Shown here piece after piece: positions 1 to 11,353 of a stretch of DNA of 64,000 nt. Within the stretch, counting starts at the first letter, position 1; every line of letters starts with the position of its first letter. The translations under genes were made by a program, and so were the position numbers. Under the pieces are notes generated by a model, which was given only the letters and a program-made list of their open reading frames with translations, ran no database searches and had not been told where the DNA came from. The DNA is from Candidatus Bathyarchaeota archaeon (GTDB taxonomy: Archaea > Thermoproteota > Bathyarchaeia > TCS64), in NCBI GenBank assembly GCA_963769425.1, contig CAVYLP010000003.1, positions 29,852-93,851 of the forward strand, written 5' to 3'.

Positions 1-7
1 TGAAGCA

Positions 8-1732
8 TTGATGTTATATATGGATTTAAAAAAACATTTATTATTAGATATTATAAATAAAAAACAAAAATGGATATTAGCCATATTCATAACGTTATTA
101 ATCATTTCAATAAGTTTGTTATTTATTTTAACTTATACATCAAAACCGTTTACTTTAACTGAAAATAGTACCCTCTTTAGTGTTCTTCCGCCTTTATATT
201 GGGTTTTAACTTTATTAAATTTTATATTCATTTTTACCATTAGTAGATTTATTAAAAATAAAAAATTGCTATTCTCATTACTAATTTTGGATTCCTGCAC
301 TTCACTGTTTCTTAATTATATATTTTTTATACCTGTAGGACAATCAGATATAAATTCAGTAACAAAATATCTTACGGTATTAAATTCATCTAATAACATT
401 GGCATAACCCAAATTAATATTGATAGCTATTTTCAATGGCCGATATATTTTATATTTGCGAAAATCATAATGCTTGTGTTCAACACAGATATATCAACAA
501 CAATTAAAATTGGGTACAGTCTATTCAATATTTTATTTACATTTTTTATAACATTTTTCCTTATTAAACTTAATATTAGTATTAAAAATATATTTTACAT
601 TCTACCAATATATAACATATTAAGTTATCATTTTATAGTTTTACAATTTGCTCAACAAACATTAGCTCTTTTATATACCATATTGATATTTATTTTGTTC
701 ATTAGCATTGAAAAAATAAATGTAAAGTCATTATTATATATAATTTATATAGCATTAATTTTCACACATCCATTTTTTTTCATATTTTTCATAACATCCA
801 TTTTAATAGAGATTACATTATTTAAAAATAAAAAGAAGATTATAAATATTAATTTATTTCTCTCATTACTAGCCATATATTTAATAAGCTATAAAATATT
901 CTTTTCGAGCATAAATTCTCAATTCATAGATCTAATAAGCAATGTTGGATTATTTAAAAGCGAGACATGGACAACTATATTCAGCTTTTTAGGACTAAAA
1001 ATTAACAATCAGACTTCTGCAACATATCCGTTTTATAATTTAGTAAATATCCAATACCTATCACTTTTAGCTAATATATCAAGATTAATTTTACTATCAT
1101 TCATAGGAATCCTCATGATCGATGGTCTTATAATGCTTAAAGAAAAACAATTATTCAAAACCATTAAACAGTTAGACATCTCAATCATGATTTCTACACT
1201 AATTTTTTGGATAATTGGATTATTTTCTTCATTTTTAGGTCAACGCTCACTTCAGGTGTTTTTCATACCAGTCGCAAAGAGCTACAACTATATAATTAAA
1301 AAATCGACCATCATGAAATCAATAATTCTATTACTAATAATTATATCCCCTATTGTTTTCTCATTAACTTCTTGGGGAGACACCTTTTTGACTGGAAGTT
1401 ATTCAGTCAAAGATTTTGAGATGGAGAAATCGGGTCAAATTATTGACAAATTTGCTCTGAGTGATCAAAAAGTTTTAGCTGCAAACAATGGATTTCCAAC
1501 CGGGTATCCCTCAGGTCTTAAAATCTATTATGTTCAACCAGGGTACTTTGAGTACATCAATATAACAAATAAAACATCTAACATGGACTTAATTTTATAT
1601 ACGCCAAAAATGAACATGTTAATACAATACTACGGAATTCAACAAATTAAAAAACAAAATTTATTGAATAATAACGTATTATATAATAATAAGAACACTA
1701 TATGCATAAATCCTTTACATGTCATCAAATAA
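8..1732 (+). CDS. Large polytopic membrane protein (574 aa) in the AT-rich island. It may be a glycan polymerase or an oligosaccharyl/glycosyl-transferase-type membrane protein.
   Basis: Long ORF with more than 10 predicted hydrophobic segments. It heads a cluster of glycosyltransferase and sugar-modifying genes. No family motif was recognised. Confidence 0.45.
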   Translation: MMLYMDLKKHLLLDIINKKQKWILAIFITLLIISISLLFILTYTSKPFTLTENSTLFSVLPPLYWVLTLLNFIFIFTISRFIKNKKLLFSLLILDSCTSLFLNYIFFIPVGQSDINSVTKYLTVLNSSNNIGITQINIDSYFQWPIYFIFAKIIMLVFNTDISTTIKIGYSLFNILFTFFITFFLIKLNISIKNIFYILPIYNILSYHFIVLQFAQQTLALLYTILIFILFISIEKINVKSLLYIIYIALIFTHPFFFIFFITSILIEITLFKNKKKIININLFLSLLAIYLISYKIFFSSINSQFIDLISNVGLFKSETWTTIFSFLGLKINNQTSATYPFYNLVNIQYLSLLANISRLILLSFIGILMIDGLIMLKEKQLFKTIKQLDISIMISTLIFWIIGLFSSFLGQRSLQVFFIPVAKSYNYIIKKSTIMKSIILLLIIISPIVFSLTSWGDTFLTGSYSVKDFEMEKSGQIIDKFALSDQKVLAANNGFPTGYPSGLKIYYVQPGYFEYINITNKTSNMDLILYTPKMNMLIQYYGIQQIKKQNLLNNNVLYNNKNTICINPLHVIK

Positions 1733-1885
1733 GCATATAAAAATTTTTTAAATATTCTAATTTTAAATTTTAAAAACAGTTATAAAAAATATAACATCAT
1801 AAATAAAAATAAAAATATGCTTTTAAGTAGAATAATAAGAAAGTTTAAGACCCAATTCCCTAAGTAATGACTAAATGAATATATA

Positions 1886-3118
1886 ATGAAACAAATACGA
1901 ATGGCGCTAATATTAGGAAATTTTTATACCAAATCTTTTCCGAGCTGGCCACAGGTTACTGGGGTATATGGTTTAAATTTACCAAACAAAGGACACCTCG
2001 TCGACATGTTCATGCCTTATCATGCAAATGCATTTCAAAAAACACAATCTATAGCTTTGTATAAAAGCAGAATTTATTTAATTCCTTGGATGAAAACCAA
2101 TTCATACCTATTTTCTATGGTTACATTCATGATATACCAAATGAGACTTTTCTTTAGTTTATTAAAATTAAATAAGGAAAATCATTATAACATATTTCAG
2201 GTTAGAGACGAAATATTCTCAGGAATAACCGTATTATTATATAACATCTTATTAAAGAAAAAATATACATTCAACTACTCATTTCCATTTTTTGAGGGAT
2301 TAAATGAAGCATATAGGAATGGTGAAAAAGTAAATAAAATTCAGTTATTATTTTTCTATATTCAAGATATTATTTTAAAAAATTTACTATTCAAAAAAAG
2401 TACCTATATTTTTCCAATAAGTGGTGAAATGCTATCAGAACTGGTCAAAATCGGTATTCCACGAGATAAAATGTATCCGCTTACAGAAGGAATAGAACCA
2501 ACCACATTTAAAATCAATTCGAATTATAACGAACTGAAAAAAATTCTCAACATTAATGATAACGAATTTATCATTTCGTACGTCGGATCACTATCATCTT
2601 CAAGAGGCATTGAAATAATAATAGACGCCTTTGAGATGGTTTTAAAAGATAACCCCCAAACAAAATTATTATTAATTGGGTCAGGAAATGATTTCAATTA
2701 CTTAAAAAATAAGGTTGACCGTAAAAATCTTAATAATTCAATAATTTTTACCGGCCAAGTAAGTCATGATGAGGTTCCAAATTATATTTCCATATCTAAC
2801 GTTTGTTTGTCTATAATTAAACCTTTAAAGAGCTTTTTTGTTAGTTCTCCATGTAAACTTTTTGAGTATATGATACTAGGGAAACCGATAATTGCTAATA
2901 AAGAAATTCCTGAACATGAAAGAGTAATATCAGAATCAAATTGTGGCCTATTAACAGAATATAATACAAATGATATAAAAAATGCGATAAATTATTCCAT
3001 TAAAAACTATGATAATTTTAAATTACTAGGAGAAAATGGGAAAAAATGGGTTATTGAAAAAAGAACATTTTCTAAGATCTCAGAACAATTAGAAGAGATT
3101 TATTTATCGCTTTTATGA
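1886..3118 (+). CDS. Glycosyltransferase, GT1/GT4-type (410 aa)
   Basis: C-terminal motif EYMILGKPIIANKEIPEHERVISESNCGLL is typical of group-1 glycosyltransferases (E-x7-E nucleotide-sugar binding region). It sits in the glycan cluster. Confidence 0.7.
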   Translation: MKQIRMALILGNFYTKSFPSWPQVTGVYGLNLPNKGHLVDMFMPYHANAFQKTQSIALYKSRIYLIPWMKTNSYLFSMVTFMIYQMRLFFSLLKLNKENHYNIFQVRDEIFSGITVLLYNILLKKKYTFNYSFPFFEGLNEAYRNGEKVNKIQLLFFYIQDIILKNLLFKKSTYIFPISGEMLSELVKIGIPRDKMYPLTEGIEPTTFKINSNYNELKKILNINDNEFIISYVGSLSSSRGIEIIIDAFEMVLKDNPQTKLLLIGSGNDFNYLKNKVDRKNLNNSIIFTGQVSHDEVPNYISISNVCLSIIKPLKSFFVSSPCKLFEYMILGKPIIANKEIPEHERVISESNCGLLTEYNTNDIKNAINYSIKNYDNFKLLGENGKKWVIEKRTFSKISEQLEEIYLSLL

Positions 3119-3167
3119 TAACGATTGATTAAGAATTTCAATTCCGGCACATAAAGTACAATAGTGT

Positions 3168-4253
3168 TCAACTACTAATGGTTTTGAATTTGTTCTGTAA
3201 CGCTGGATCTTCCTTTATTTGAACCAAGCTTTCCGGATAATAGCTAATAAACCATACCAAGAAAGATGTCACATCAATTTTATCATTCAATAAATGATTT
3301 CTCTTGACACGCCAATCTTGTTTGACACCATTCTCAGATATCAACATTGTAGCGTATTTCAAAGCCTCAGAAGGATTCGAAAAACTATGCAAAAGATCAT
3401 ACTTTTTCTCAAGTTCCAACAGATTACCCATTGTATTCGATAGCGATGAAACGTATACCGAAGGAGTGCCCAATAAGGCGGCTTCAGTCGCCATCGAAGC
3501 CCCCTCCCCCACATAAAGCGATGCATAATACAGTAAATCATGGATATACACTGGATGAATTGTTAATTTGAATTTTTCAATATCGTTTGGCAATTGCCCT
3601 TCGGCACTCACAAAAACTTTTCCATACTTCGATAATTCTTCAATAAATGCCATTTTATCAAGAATTCCTGTTTGACGAACATCATGTGTGGCGGTCCAAG
3701 CACTGAATCGGATAATTGTGAACTTATCCTCAATCTTAAGGCTAAGCATATCAAGAACAGCTGGATTTGGTGAAAACCATCTTGGGTGAAGATAAACTAT
3801 TTTTTGATCCCCTTGATACCTGATTTGTTTTGAACCTAAATTTAGCTTATAGTTATCAGGGGTAAAAATGACGCTCGTGAAGGGTGCGTACAATCTATAC
3901 TGTTCTCTCGAGTGCTCCGTATCTTCAAAAGTAATCGATGGTTTTTTTAATAGCCAGGCTACATGTGCTGCACGAACCTATCCAAGACCGATGAAAATAT
4001 CTGGCTTAAAATCCAATGCGGCTTTATACAGTTTTAAATCCATCAAAGGCATGTTCAATAATTTCTTAGTAATAGAATCGCCGTAATTACCAAAGTTGAT
4101 ATAATTAACACCATAGCAATCCAATAACTCAAAAACAATAGGTCTACCTGACGCTATAACTAATACTTTATTACCTAATCGCTCCATTTCACGGATAAAA
4201 TATTTGAAAAAGTGAACATGAGCAGGATGATTAATATCCGTAATGATATTCAA
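3168..4253 (-). pseudogene. DUF354-like protein (a predicted glycosyltransferase/epimerase-like family) interrupted by an in-frame TAG
   Basis: ORFs 3978..4253 and 3168..3893 are in the same frame on the minus strand. Translation reads ...IFIGLG * VRAAHVAWLLKKPSITFEDTEHSREQYRL-YAPF... through a TAG at 3978-3980. The C-terminal ORF starts at TTG. Confidence 0.55.
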
Positions 4254-4299
4254 TACACTCTAATATTATAGAATTGTTTTCTAAATATCAATTGAATGG

Positions 4300-5295
4300 T
4301 TATATTTGAGCCTCGATTCCCTTATACTTCAATTGCAAAATATTTTTAAAACAATCGAAAATTGGTTTTCTAATAAATTTATAATATTTTCCATAATTTA
4401 CCAAATTTCCACCAAATCTTCTCTTAAACTCACGGGGCCCGTAAGGCCTTTGAGGATTTCCCGCCCCTCCAAAGTCAAAAAATTTATATCCATTTTTACT
4501 GCCAATTTCTAAACCTAACCATACCATTAATTCATTTGAATATTCAGAAACGTCATTATACAAAGATCCAGCATACCAATCATACATTACATCCTTATAG
4601 GTCAGAAATATTCTTGTAACTATAGGCTCATCATTTTTATATCCAATTTTTCCTATTATTTGTCCCTTAAGATACTTAAAAGCATTGATAAAAACTATCT
4701 TGTTTGGATTAGGCATATTTACTCTTTTATAAGTATTACAAATAAGACGATACGATTCATCGATATTTTTTTGAGTTTTAATATCGGAAATCACGATATT
4801 TTTACTTAATGCTTTTTTAATATTTTTTCTTCTATTTTTAGGAATTGAATCCCATGTTATTTTTGAATCTAGATTTAGTGGTATTTCATAATTCAAGTGA
4901 TCCTCATAATAATAACTTATTTTTGAAAGAGCATTTTTAATGCTGCTTGTATCCCACATATTTTTAATATCTATCATAGAAGAAGGTATAATTTTTGGAT
5001 TTAATTCATCGATGTAGGATAATAGCATCGACGCATACATCGATTCATCGATAATTGGTCCCCCCTGAAAAGATAATCTTGAAAATAAATTATAATAATT
5101 TGTTAAATTCCCAACCATTAACCCCTTTATATTGTTATTATTTAATATAGTCAAACCCACTGATTTATTATAATTATCAATATTATTTACTTTATAATAC
5201 TCAGGCGTTTGAAATATATTGCCAAATTTATTAGTTAAAACATACTCTTTCCATTGTTTTTCATTAACTTTATCTATATTCATAATTTGTAGCAT
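4300..5295 (-). CDS. FemAB-like acyltransferase (FemABX / DUF482-like GNAT-fold family)
   Basis: C-terminal FDFGGAGNPQRPYGPREFKRRFGG motif characteristic of the FemAB family. 331 aa. Confidence 0.6.
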   Translation of the reverse strand: MLQIMNIDKVNEKQWKEYVLTNKFGNIFQTPEYYKVNNIDNYNKSVGLTILNNNNIKGLMVGNLTNYYNLFSRLSFQGGPIIDESMYASMLLSYIDELNPKIIPSSMIDIKNMWDTSSIKNALSKISYYYEDHLNYEIPLNLDSKITWDSIPKNRRKNIKKALSKNIVISDIKTQKNIDESYRLICNTYKRVNMPNPNKIVFINAFKYLKGQIIGKIGYKNDEPIVTRIFLTYKDVMYDWYAGSLYNDVSEYSNELMVWLGLEIGSKNGYKFFDFGGAGNPQRPYGPREFKRRFGGNLVNYGKYYKFIRKPIFDCFKNILQLKYKGIEAQI

Positions 5296-5298
5296 AAG

Positions 5299-6063
5299 TT
5301 ACCCTCCTCTAAAAATACGTATAGCCAATTTACCCGAGTTAAACAAATTATCTAAACACCAACTTATTACAAATTCAGAATAATTCGTTGCCCATCTTTC
5401 AGGGTGAATATTTAAATATAATTTAGAAAAGGACTTTGTGGAAATTACTTTTATTAAATCATTTGTATTTCTTATTTTAATCGAATTTATATCAGTTTTA
5501 ATGTAGTCCCTTAAATTGTTTTTATTATCCCAGCTACGTCCAGCATCCGTATAATAATCTATATCAGAAATAGATAGACTACCATCGCCAAGCAAATTAA
5601 AATCTTCAAACTTTACATTTTCCCAAATAGAGCTGCTCACATATCTCGACAAGGGCCGCCCATGCATGCTAATCGTATTAACATAGCATATTTTTCTAAA
5701 TTCTTCGAGCTCTTTCTTAAAAACATTAATGGCTTCAAATTGGTCACCATTTGTCTTGCAGAGCGTCTCATAATGATAGCCAATCTCATGCCCCATAACC
5801 GAAATTGATCGAATAATATCCTTATCAAAAACTCCAGAAGAATATCTAAAATAATATGTCGCTGAAATTCCTAAATTGTATTCCAGTTCAGCCATTTTTA
5901 AGGCATTCTTGGGCTTTCGGTCAACATCATGTCTTAAAATTATAAATCCATCCACCGGATGAGATTTTAAATATTCTTCTACGGTAATGAATCTATATCT
6001 AGAAATAATATTACACAGTTCTTTATACTTAGCTAATGTAAAATCAAGAGTCATATAGCTCAC
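5299..6063 (-). CDS. Polysaccharide deacetylase-like protein (carbohydrate esterase 4 superfamily-like)
   Basis: RHDVDRKP motif and His-rich metal-site residues (HEIGYHYE). It is separated by only 3 nt from the upstream FemAB-like gene. Confidence 0.5.
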   Translation of the reverse strand: MSYMTLDFTLAKYKELCNIISRYRFITVEEYLKSHPVDGFIILRHDVDRKPKNALKMAELEYNLGISATYYFRYSSGVFDKDIIRSISVMGHEIGYHYETLCKTNGDQFEAINVFKKELEEFRKICYVNTISMHGRPLSRYVSSSIWENVKFEDFNLLGDGSLSISDIDYYTDAGRSWDNKNNLRDYIKTDINSIKIRNTNDLIKVISTKSFSKLYLNIHPERWATNYSEFVISWCLDNLFNSGKLAIRIFRGG

Positions 6064-6204
6064 ATCGTAATGAATTAACGATCATAATTCTATTATTAAA
6101 TAGTATGCAATTTATTAAGAGTACGTTTCGCCGTTATTACAATGATTGCCAACCTAAATAAGAAAACAGTATTACTTTGAAGAACTCGTGCTAACTAATG
6201 AGTA

Positions 6205-7203
6205 TTAAAAAAATCGCCTTTTAAGGAGCCTCAAATACACTGACTCTGCGAATTTACCCCGTATATTCTGTTTCCTAACGGTATAAAAAGCGGTAAGTTT
6301 CGGTCCAAATTTTGATTTATATGTGGCAATTCCTTCTTTGTTAGCGCCTACAAAATCTATTTTTAGGATGCCTTCCTGCTTACATTTTTTTATGTTTTCC
6401 CAAGTGAGCAACTCATTTACAGGTATTTTTCCTTCAGGTCTTACGCTTCCAAGCCAATCCATGTAAGTATCATTGTGCCATAGAACAACTTCAGATCCGA
6501 CTATATCCTCGCCATTTTTTACTAAGTGGATGCATATATTATCTGGAAATAGTGCCCTAAGTTCGTTTAAATAATCTTTACTATATAATGGAATTGTTAA
6601 TCCTTGTTCAATATATCTCTTTGAAATCATACCAAATACAAGATCACTTTTATCAGTTTCAACTATTTTTATATTCAATTCTTCCGCTTTTCTTATTTTA
6701 GAACGTTTCTTAATATTAATACCCTTCCAAATTGTATCTATATCGGAAGATAAGTCTAGGATATATGTATAGTTAACATTCACATCATATCCACCCCAAA
6801 TTAACTGTCTAGTATCAATAATATCAGGCATGAACGAAATAAATATGTAATCGGGGTTTAATTGTTCTAATGTTTTAGAGAAATCATCATAAATAATCTT
6901 GAGATATTCTTCCTGTTTCTCTTGGTTAAAATCATAAAATGTGTCTTTAAGGGCATATCCAAGATAGGGTATACTAGCTCTCGGCGGTGGTGAGAATAAC
7001 ATCTTAACGGAATATTGTTGTTTATAGAAAACAGGGAATAAGCAAAACAGTTCATCGGTCTTAAAAAAACCGTAGGTTAACAAATCGAATCCAGAGTATT
7101 TAGCCGTTGTTTTAAGAAAATCCCAACGATGAAATATTGTTGAGTGACTGCAATCCTTAATGAATTTATCCCAGACCTGCGGGTCATCAATTATTTTTAT
7201 CAA
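6205..7203 (-). CDS. FemAB-like acyltransferase, paralog of 4300..5295
   Basis: C-terminal ...GILKIDFVGANKEGIATYKSKFGPKL resembles the FemAB signature. Size is similar (332 aa). Confidence 0.55.
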   Translation of the reverse strand: MIKIIDDPQVWDKFIKDCSHSTIFHRWDFLKTTAKYSGFDLLTYGFFKTDELFCLFPVFYKQQYSVKMLFSPPPRASIPYLGYALKDTFYDFNQEKQEEYLKIIYDDFSKTLEQLNPDYIFISFMPDIIDTRQLIWGGYDVNVNYTYILDLSSDIDTIWKGINIKKRSKIRKAEELNIKIVETDKSDLVFGMISKRYIEQGLTIPLYSKDYLNELRALFPDNICIHLVKNGEDIVGSEVVLWHNDTYMDWLGSVRPEGKIPVNELLTWENIKKCKQEGILKIDFVGANKEGIATYKSKFGPKLTAFYTVRKQNIRGKFAESVYLRLLKRRFF

Positions 7204-7291
7204 AAGGCCAGTCCTCGGACTCTATCTAACAGCTCAAAGATAAATTGATTATTATTAACCATATATATTATTCTTAACTTAATTATGTACA

Positions 7292-8332
7292 ATGAATTAC
7301 GACATATTGAAATCAAGTGATAAAATTTGGGACATCTACACGGTAAAAAATGATTATCAAATTAATGAAACTAATAATAATTTAAAACGCAACTCTGAAA
7401 TAATAAAAAATCCTCTGGCCTCAGAATATCTATTTAAAAATGAAAAGGTGCCCGAATATCCAAATGGGGAGGGATTTGCTTTATGTCTTACACACGACGT
7501 CGATGAAATTTACTTTCCATGGAGCCATTTACTACAAGCCATAATTTATTACGCCAAAAAAATGAATACGCATGGAATAATAAATTCCTTCCATTGGAAA
7601 TTTCGTAAAAAAGAGAGTCCATATCTAGATTTTAAAAAGATACTCGATCTTGAGAAAACATACAATGTTAGATCCACATTCTTTTTCCTAGCAACTGAAA
7701 AAGATCCCATCAGATTTCGATATGTCATTGAAGACGCAACGGAAATCATCAAAGATATTCAATCAGAAGGATTCGAAATAGGACTTCACGGTGGATACTA
7801 TGCTTACAATAATCTTGAGGACATCATTCAACAAAAAATTAGACTCGAAAGAGTTTCTAACAGCCAAGTAATTGGTTACAGGAATCATTATCTAAATTTT
7901 AACGTCCCTCAGACATGGTATTATCTGACAAAAGCGGGATTTACATATGATTCAACCATCGGATACAACACAAATAACGGATTCAGAAATGGCATGTGCC
8001 ACCCATACAAACCATATGATCGGAATATTAATAATTATATAAATATTATTGAAATTCCCCCAATTATCATGGACTCTGCATTTCCAAAAGGCACACTAGT
8101 AACTAATTGGTGGGAATTAAAGAAGATGTTAAAAGTTGTCGAGAAAAATCACGGGGTTCTCACCGTTAATTTCCACAACGAAGTGTTTCACGCCCCCTAC
8201 AAAGCAGACTTCATGAAGCTGTACGTGCATCTCCTGGAGGAAGGGAGAAGAAGAAAGGCTTGGATGACAAATGCCTCCGAGATACATGACTGGTGGAGAA
8301 AAAAATATATCGAGGAAGATATTATCACATAA
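7292..8332 (+). CDS. Polysaccharide deacetylase-like protein, paralog of 5299..6063
   Basis: LTHDVDE motif near the N-terminus and GLHGGYY His motif. 346 aa. Confidence 0.5.
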   Translation: MNYDILKSSDKIWDIYTVKNDYQINETNNNLKRNSEIIKNPLASEYLFKNEKVPEYPNGEGFALCLTHDVDEIYFPWSHLLQAIIYYAKKMNTHGIINSFHWKFRKKESPYLDFKKILDLEKTYNVRSTFFFLATEKDPIRFRYVIEDATEIIKDIQSEGFEIGLHGGYYAYNNLEDIIQQKIRLERVSNSQVIGYRNHYLNFNVPQTWYYLTKAGFTYDSTIGYNTNNGFRNGMCHPYKPYDRNINNYINIIEIPPIIMDSAFPKGTLVTNWWELKKMLKVVEKNHGVLTVNFHNEVFHAPYKADFMKLYVHLLEEGRRRKAWMTNASEIHDWWRKKYIEEDIIT

Positions 8333-8572
8333 ACTACCACATATATATCAGCGTCGCGCGCATAATAATCTAACTACTTCCTGATTAATAAATAATATAC
8401 AGTATAACTTAGTTTTAAACGGTGTATAAAAAGAATTCAGCTCATATAATAGTGGTACGAGCTAATTTTCAACTTGTCCAAGAATCGGAGAGGGTGATTC
8501 AGTGAGCATCAGCAAAACCTTCTTTACTTCGGTTCGGATGAGTATACATAGTAGTTGAGTTCTTGAGTTAGA

Positions 8573-9662
8573 TTAATAGTAGTCCCCGTAGGAAAAGTGT
8601 ATTTTGCTAGGTTGGGAGTTCTCAAGGAGTTTGAACTCCTTCTTTGCCAGGTCGGTATGGCAATACATCATAAGTGGCAGATTGCTTCTGACATCAATAA
8701 AGCCCAATTTAGATGCAATTTTCTGGTAGTTATGACCTGCCACAACTCTATAATTTATAGCATTTACACTCAAGCCATCGAAGTAGTCACACGCGTCCAC
8801 AAACAGGCTTGAAGCCACATCCAATCTCCCAGGTAAAGCAAGGAGGTCCATTATGTAACCCTCCGATAACGCACCATCTCCCTTAACCTGAAGCACACAG
8901 TACCCCAGAATCTCTTCCCCCTCAGTGACCTGCTTGACAAGGATACGGTGCCATCGCGGATCTAAATATCTCCAATTCAGGTAATCTTTGTTCCTCTCAA
9001 CCACGAAATTTAGACCCGCCTTGACTCTGTCGTAGAAGACATTGATACGTTCATCGAAGAAAGATTTCTCGGCGATGACAAAGTCACCTCGATAGCTAGG
9101 TTTGGGAATCAATCTACCTTCAATCGATTTCATTCCTTTGAAAGTGCTGAAAGCAAAGCACTTCATAGTAGCATTTTCTATAGACACTGACCTGAAGTAT
9201 TTGCGAACGTTCTTCACTCTGAGCATGTGGCATATTGCATGTGGGAAGACCCTTCGACCCTTCTTGAAGTGGTGCTTCACTATAATGGGACTTAGAGGAA
9301 TTTCATAACTTACCTCATAGCCCTTACGGGTCAGCTCCAGCATGTTGGAGTCGAATACCCTAGAATATACCCCCAAACCTTTGAACTCCCTATGGGTAGC
9401 CGCGTCGTCTCCGTACCTCCCCATGAAGGTGCGGCTACCGATCTTTATTGTTAGAAGAATTGCATGATCAGCAGCCAACTACTTTTCCATCATTCACAGC
9501 AACAGTTATTATCGAGCCCTCGGGACAATCGATATACTTCCACCGCCAAAAATCAAGTGGAGCCTTTATTCTGGCCCAATCTGGAAATGACTGTATCAAT
9601 AATTCCACTATTCCCTCCTCATCGCCAGATTCATAAGGACGGACATTAAAATCAAGACTCAT
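8573..9662 (-). pseudogene. GNAT-family N-acetyltransferase (tandem-GNAT, about 360 aa), frameshifted
   Basis: ORF 9468..9662 gives the N-terminus (...ITVAVNDGKVVGC). ORF 8573..9478 gives the remainder (YGDDAATHREFKGLGVY acetyl-CoA motif). They are collinear with the intact paralog 11354..12442, but a 1-nt frame change falls near 9470-9480. Confidence 0.55.
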
Positions 9663-9972
9663 GTAGTTCGATTGGGTAGAAACCTATATAAAAAAATAAG
9701 TATGTTTGTACGCTCTATCGTAGCGTTCGAGAATATCCTATACTTGGCAGTGATGTCATTTACGACCGAAAACAAAGCCCTTTTAACGAGGTGGTTGGTT
9801 TAGAAATAAAGTTCAAGTAATTAGAGGTAAGATAAAGTGCATGTCGGGGACTATAAGGCGTGCACACATCACCCTAAAGAGCATCCATTTCATCTGACTG
9901 GAGACTCGGACAAACGATAAATATACAATTACAAAAAAGTATTGTCCCTGACGAGCACTTAGGAGGGAATAT

Positions 9973-11030
9973 ATGTCAAACGAGCTTCAAACAAGATTTT
10001 ATAAAAATGGCGATGAACTGGAAATCGTAAAATTACTAAGGCGTATTTTCGATGACTGGGCTGCTCCGCATAAAACCAATTGACTTCTGGAAATGGAAAT
10101 ATCAATCTACGCCCCTAGGGTCATCTATTGCGCTTGTAACAATCGACGATAAATTGGCAGGAATCTGGCCATAGGTTAAATTATCGAATTAAGATCGGAG
10201 AAAGGGTTCTAAGAAGTCATTACGGAGATGATTTCGCGACACATCCAGATTTCAGGGGCAGAGGTGTATATAATAAAGTACTTAATGTATTAGAAGATGA
10301 ACGTCATAATAGTGGGGTAAATTTTCTCTACACGATAACCACAAATCCAATCGTAATGAAAGATAATATCAAGATGGGCAGATTTGACTTACCCCAGCCA
10401 CTTCTACACATGATCCTTGTAAAGCAGGCTAGATCCGGAACGCAAGCAGGTCTTTACTTGTATGGCGGGTTAAAACGACTGACAAAAAGTCCTTCCCATG
10501 CCGCCTCCTCGAAACCCCATGGGGACTATTTAATCGAGACAATAAGGGAATTTAACGGTGCATCTGATACATTCTATGAACGAATAAAAGACTCATACAA
10601 CTTCATCGTCGAGAGAAACAAGGAATTCATGAACTGGCGGTACTGCGACATCAGAGGAGGCAGATTTTTAATTAAACAAGCAAAACGAGGCGATGACGTT
10701 TTAGGTTATATCATTCTTGAGGTTAAGACTAAAGGAGAAAACTCGGAAGGATACATCATTGATATGCTAGCTGAGGACGATGAGGTTGCTACTTCCCTTT
10801 TAAAAGATGGCATTAACTCTTTAGCAGTTCTAGGAGTTGGTACATTTAACTACAGGGTTGTAAAGAACCATCCCTATCAAAAAATTTCAGAAAAACTTGG
10901 CTTCGTGGCACCACCTAATGTAATTGATATGCATGTCTACTGTCAATTTGATAACGCTGAAGAAGCAAAGGAGACTCTTTTAGCGACTGAACCAGGAAGT
11001 ATACACTTCAATTATGGCGATTATTTCTAG
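9973..11030 (+). pseudogene. GNAT-family N-acetyltransferase paralog. The N-terminal half is broken by several frameshifts or stops. The C-terminal 224 aa form an intact ORF (10356..11030).
   Basis: Fragments MSNELQTRFYKNGDELEIVKLLRRIFDDW... and ...DFWKWKYQSTPLGSSIALVTIDDKLAGIW lie in different frames. The C-terminal part aligns with 11354..12442 (ERNKEFMNWRY, GYIIDMLA). Confidence 0.5.
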
Positions 11031-11353
11031 AAACCGGTATATATTTAATATTCATTGTTCAAAGAATCGTGTGTATGGAACGATATACATATTTTAGTAC
11101 TAGACAAGTTCCTTAACTGAATGCTACGTGCGCAAGAGAGGATATTTCAAAACGATTAGGCTAAAAGTATGTTGTAGGGAATGGGTTTTTTAGTATCGGA
11201 TTCCGTCCCCTCCAGGGTTTACGAATCTGGCTCTTAAAATACTTCTTAAATTTAAACATTATAGATCTAGATGATCATGTATAATTACATATATAAAGGG
11301 AAGCGAATCATTAGTAAAAAACAATATAACTTCCCAACATATTAAACATCATA

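Noticed and set aside
3304-3541. Small ORFs 3304..3516(+), 3359..3541(-) and 3868..4086(+)
   Set aside because: They overlap the DUF354-like gene on other frames or strands, with no independent support.
3978-3980. In-frame TAG codons (also 43949-43951 and 17091-17093) as evidence of amber reassignment or pyrrolysine
   Set aside because: TAG is used as the terminator of many intact genes in the window (Fur 49472, D-aminoacylase domain, GNAT 11030 and others). The disrupted genes are not methyltransferases, and tatA2 is actually a frameshift at a G-run.
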